Below, one piece after another: positions 24,251-25,237 of a DNA stretch of 25,237 nucleotides. The notes under the pieces were generated by a model that was not told where the DNA came from, did no database searches, and worked only from the letters and a program-made list of their open reading frames with translations. The translations under genes were made by a program, and so were the position numbers. The stretch covers positions 1 through 25,237 of the forward strand of contig JAZNCR010000123.1 of the NCBI GenBank assembly GCA_045587605.1, written 5' to 3'. Source of the stretch: Eubacteriales bacterium (GTDB taxonomy: Bacteria; Bacillota; Clostridia; Oscillospirales; CAG-272). The stretch's first letter is position 1, and each line of letters opens with the position of its first letter.

Positions 24251-24781
24251 ATGACAACCAAGATTCTTCTCGCCGGCTTTGGCGGACAGGGTATTCTGTT
24301 CGCCGGCAAGCAGCTCGCCAAGACGGCAATGTACGCCGATCTCGAGGTATCCTGGCTTCCTTCCTACGGTCCCGAGATGCGCGGCGGTGCCGCAAACTGC
24401 TCGGTCATCATCTCGGACGAGGAGATCGGCTCGCCGATCGTCACTGCGCCCGACGTGCTGATCGCGCTCAACCTGCCCTCCTTTGATAAGTTTGAGCCGA
24501 CCATCGTCCCCGGCGGTCTACTCATTGCCGACAGCACCCTGATCGCAAAGGAATCCACCCGTACCGATATCCGCATCTGCCGCATCCCCGCGACCGGACT
24601 TGCCGCCGAGAACAAGATCGAAGGCTTTGCCAACGTCATTATTCTCGGTCAGCTCCTCAAGCAGACCGGCATTTTCGAATACGACCGGTTCCTTGACCTG
24701 ATGATCAAGGGAATTCCCGCCTCCAAGACCGCGCTGATTGAAAAGAACAAGCGCGCACTGGAGATCGGTTATCAGTATTAA
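24251..24781 (+). CDS. 2-oxoacid:ferredoxin oxidoreductase gamma subunit (176 aa)
   Basis: AGFGGQGILFAG and PSYGPEMRGGAANC motifs. Start ATG 24251 with GGAGG SD. Confidence 0.92.
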   Translation: MTTKILLAGFGGQGILFAGKQLAKTAMYADLEVSWLPSYGPEMRGGAANCSVIISDEEIGSPIVTAPDVLIALNLPSFDKFEPTIVPGGLLIADSTLIAKESTRTDIRICRIPATGLAAENKIEGFANVIILGQLLKQTGIFEYDRFLDLMIKGIPASKTALIEKNKRALEIGYQY

Positions 24782-24790
24782 TGCAAAAAT

Positions 24791-24830
24791 AACGGAGCAC
24801 CCGACCGGGGTGCTCCGTTTCTTTTATTTC
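24791..24830 (+). terminator. Intrinsic terminator of the oxidoreductase operon
   Basis: Perfect 12-bp stem AACGGAGCACCC (24791-24802) / GGGTGCTCCGTT (24808-24819), followed by TCTTTTATTT. Confidence 0.9.
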
Positions 24831-24907
24831 GAAAACCACGCCATAGTGGCGGGGTTCAGTTAAGGCTATGCCGATGAGCAGAAAACAGAAAGAGATAAGA
24901 GGAAAGT

Positions 24908-24937
24908 GATTATGTGCCTAAGGATTATGTGCCTAAG
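24908..24937. repeat. Exact 15-bp tandem duplication GATTATGTGCCTAAG x2
   Basis: 24908-24922 is identical to 24923-24937 and abuts the first palindromic unit. Confidence 0.95.
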
Positions 24938-25136
24938 GCTCCCTTGTGCAAAGGGAGCTGTCGCCGAAGGCGACTGAGGGATTATAAACGAAACGAACAG
25001 CAGAATGCGAAAATTTTTCGTTACAGCGATACATTAGGCTGGTAACAATCCCTCCGTCACGGCTTGCGCCGTGCCACCTCCGAGGTTGCTTTGCAACCTG
25101 GCGGCGCAAGCACCTACACTTCTGCACAAGGGAGGC
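24938..25136. repeat. Inverted pair of REP/REPIN-like multi-hairpin units
   Basis: CTCCCTTGTGCA (24939-24950) / TGCACAAGGGAG (25123-25134) and GAGGGATT (24976-24983) / AATCCCTC (25047-25054) are perfect inverted matches. Each unit has internal hairpins. Confidence 0.75.
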
Positions 25137-25237
25137 GTATAGCAAAACCCGTTTACGGGTAGCAAGTAAAAGTTGCATGGCTGGCAGGCCAATACATGGC
25201 GCACTTGTGCGCAGCCAATATAGGGTAGGGCTATGCC

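Noticed and set aside
210-24321. Many other long antisense or alternate-frame ORFs (e.g. 210-1163, 8369-9445, 11324-12724, 16646-18010, 22427-23605, 23494-24321)
   Set aside because: They are shadows of well-supported genes on the opposite strand, with atypical composition and no domain motifs.
24933-25178. 81-aa minus-strand ORF across the palindrome cluster
   Set aside because: No SD or recognisable motif, and it runs through repeat hairpins. It is not a transposase fragment that I can recognise.

Overview
A GC-rich core-genome window from a spore-forming Clostridia-like Firmicute (taxonomy inferred from gene content only). It has two divergent blocks. Block 1 (minus strand, 20382 to 99) is 19 co-oriented genes: cdaA, cdaR, an uncharacterised FAD oxidoreductase, an RseC-like protein, recJ, rel, dtd, hemZ, a uridine-kinase-like protein, a purine nucleoside phosphorylase, an MTA/SAH deaminase, a YabM-like flippase, mazG, hup, yabO, yabP, yabQ, divIC and a membrane-anchored class-A beta-lactamase-fold protein. 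Block 2 (plus strand, 20602-24781) is a TVP38/DedA membrane protein followed by a P-loop NTPase and a four-subunit 2-oxoacid:ferredoxin oxidoreductase (delta, alpha/VorB, beta, gamma). The last ~400 bp is a cluster of REP-like palindromes. I found no rRNA, tRNA, CRISPR array or transposase. I cannot claim a new system from this sequence alone. The strongest leads are: (i) a candidate H-type pseudoknot RNA in the leader of the kinase-PNP-deaminase genes; (ii) that module as a possible SAM by-product salvage route using a PNP with two conserved His replaced; (iii) a penicillin-recognising-fold protein with a tandem-repeat linker inserted inside its catalytic domain; (iv) the terminal palindrome cluster. 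All structure calls were made by eye and are unverified by folding or database searches.
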